This document shows, in pieces, positions 62,436 through 64,000 of a stretch of 64,000 nucleotides of DNA. The notes under the pieces were generated by a model, which was not told where the DNA came from, searched no databases, and was given only the letters and a program-made list of their open reading frames with translations. Origin of the DNA: Paramecium tetraurelia (Eukaryota); assembly GCA_000165425.1 (NCBI GenBank), contig CT868163.1, forward strand, positions 310,001-374,000, in the 5' to 3' direction. Made by a program: the position numbers and the translations under genes. The first letter of the stretch is position 1. Each line of letters begins with the position of its first letter.

Positions 62436-63360
62436 ATGTCGATTCAACTTCAATAGTAAATTAAGAATAATGCATTGGAAATCAAAGAATATATACACGA
62501 TCTCTATGATTGGGAAGAGTCAGTGAACACAGCTTAAAAGCCATAAAAAAAATAAAATTAACAAATAGATCCAAACTCAGTGCCAATAAGAGGCAAAGTT
62601 GAATAGGAGAAGCAATCTGAAATATTAAAGAAATAATTGAAAAGAGATTAGAATTCAGTGTAAAATTATTATGATGCTTGGAATAAAGTGGATGTGGATA
62701 AATTGCTAGAAGAATCTGACGATCCCATAGTAATGGATGTTTACAAAAAACCCTAACAAACAAATATTAATAATAAAATAGTAATAAAAGGTGGTAGAAA
62801 CGTAATTAAGTCGCAAGTGATTCTAAATAAAGAGCAAGCCAATGAATTATTTAAGCTATAAGAATTTTAAAAAGCCATTGAAAAATACACTGATTGCATT
62901 TAAGAATTAAATTAGAAATAGTCCTTAAATGAGGAAGAATTAGAATAATTAGTAATAATTTATTCGAATCGAGCTCAATGCTAATTAAAATTACTTGATT
63001 ACAATCAAGCTTTATTAGATTGTAACAAAGCATTAAGTTTGAATAGCAACCATTAAAAATCATTGCTAAGAAGATCGACAGTTCTTTAAGAACTAGGAAA
63101 ATGGAAGGAAGCCTTAAAGGATAGTGAAAAGCTTGTTTTGTTAGGAGATCAGGATGCCAAACAAATAGTAGCAAAACTCTAGAAGAAAATTTAGGTGAAA
63201 AAGGAAAATGCTAGAAACTAATTGAAATAAGTCAAAGTAATTGATATTTCTAAATTAGCCTTTCATGAATGATTCAGTGACAGTCTAAGTTATTGATTAA
63301 GAAAAAGAAGACATTAATGTGGAGCTTAAATCGAATTATTTAAATGAAATAGACGATTGA
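62436..63360 (+). CDS. TPR protein, RPAP3/Tah1-like
   Basis: MSIQLQQQIKNNALEIKEYIHDLYDWE resembles the RPAP3 N-terminus; TPR clamp KEQANELFK..YSNRAQCQLKL..KSLLRR. Confidence 0.7.
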
Positions 63361-63380
63361 TATCATTTATATTATATAAA

Positions 63381-64000
63381 ATGTTTGGGTAATATTTAAT
63401 TATACTCTACTCTTTCTTTAATGTAATTTCGGAAAAGATTGCTTCCAATTCATTCCTACTAACCAAAACCCTCCAATAATCCAATTTTATTAGCTAATAT
63501 GAAGGCATCAATCTACACAACTTTGACAATGAGTACTATGCTTTGACTCTGAGAATTGGAACTCCATTATAATTAATAGAACTCCTTGTTGATACTGGCT
63601 CTAGCGTAAAGAATTATAAATAATGAAGATATTGTGGTTGGCAAATTACACATGTGATAATTGTTCTATCCTCAATCGATATAAACCATATCTGTCATAA
63701 ACATATATAGATTTTAATTAAACTTATACATAAACCTATGGGTAAGGAGAATGTTCAGGCTAATTTGGACAAGAGTTATTTTCAATTGCTGATACACCAA
63801 TTAATACAAACCTCACCTTCCTATTGGCAAATCAAGTCTCTAATTTATCTGTACATCTATATGCATATTAAAGTTATAAAAAACAACATCAGGTATTATG
63901 GGGTTATCTAATTGGGATGAGCATACCAATATCTTTGAATCCGCATATTCAAATGGCTAAATTCAGTCTCCTCTATTTGGATTCTAGTTCTTGAATTCCA
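63381..64000 (+). CDS. Pepsin-like aspartic protease (A1), 3'-truncated
   Basis: EYYALTLRIGTPLQLIELLVDTGSS, YGQGECSG, SGIMGL. Confidence 0.85.

Overview
AT-rich, very gene-dense eukaryotic DNA that reads as ciliate somatic (macronuclear) chromosome, most likely Paramecium. TAA and TAG encode Gln (e.g. PRP22 motifs GKTTQITQY, CTQPRR and AQQRAGRAGR are spelled with TAA/TAG), only TGA is a stop, introns are about 20-32 nt GT..AG, and many intergenic gaps are 20-100 nt. The supplied ORF track treats TAA/TAG as stops, so it shows only exon fragments or antisense artefacts. I re-translated by hand with genetic code 6 and find about 45 protein genes. These include seven kinases, PRP22/DHX8, VPS26, RPS17, RPL7A, alpha-amylase, a DHHC palmitoyltransferase, an ArfGAP, a condensin kleisin, a BAH-PHD protein, CSN6-like, SIN1-like, YeeE/YedE, an S49 peptidase, a TCBP-25-like EF-hand protein and an ODF3/SHIPPO repeat protein. 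There is also one decayed Aurora-like pseudogene and two snoRNA-like candidates. No transposon, CRISPR, rRNA or tRNA is evident, and I cannot support a single new multi-gene system; the best leads are individual genes. Gene boundaries were assigned by eye and may be off by an exon.
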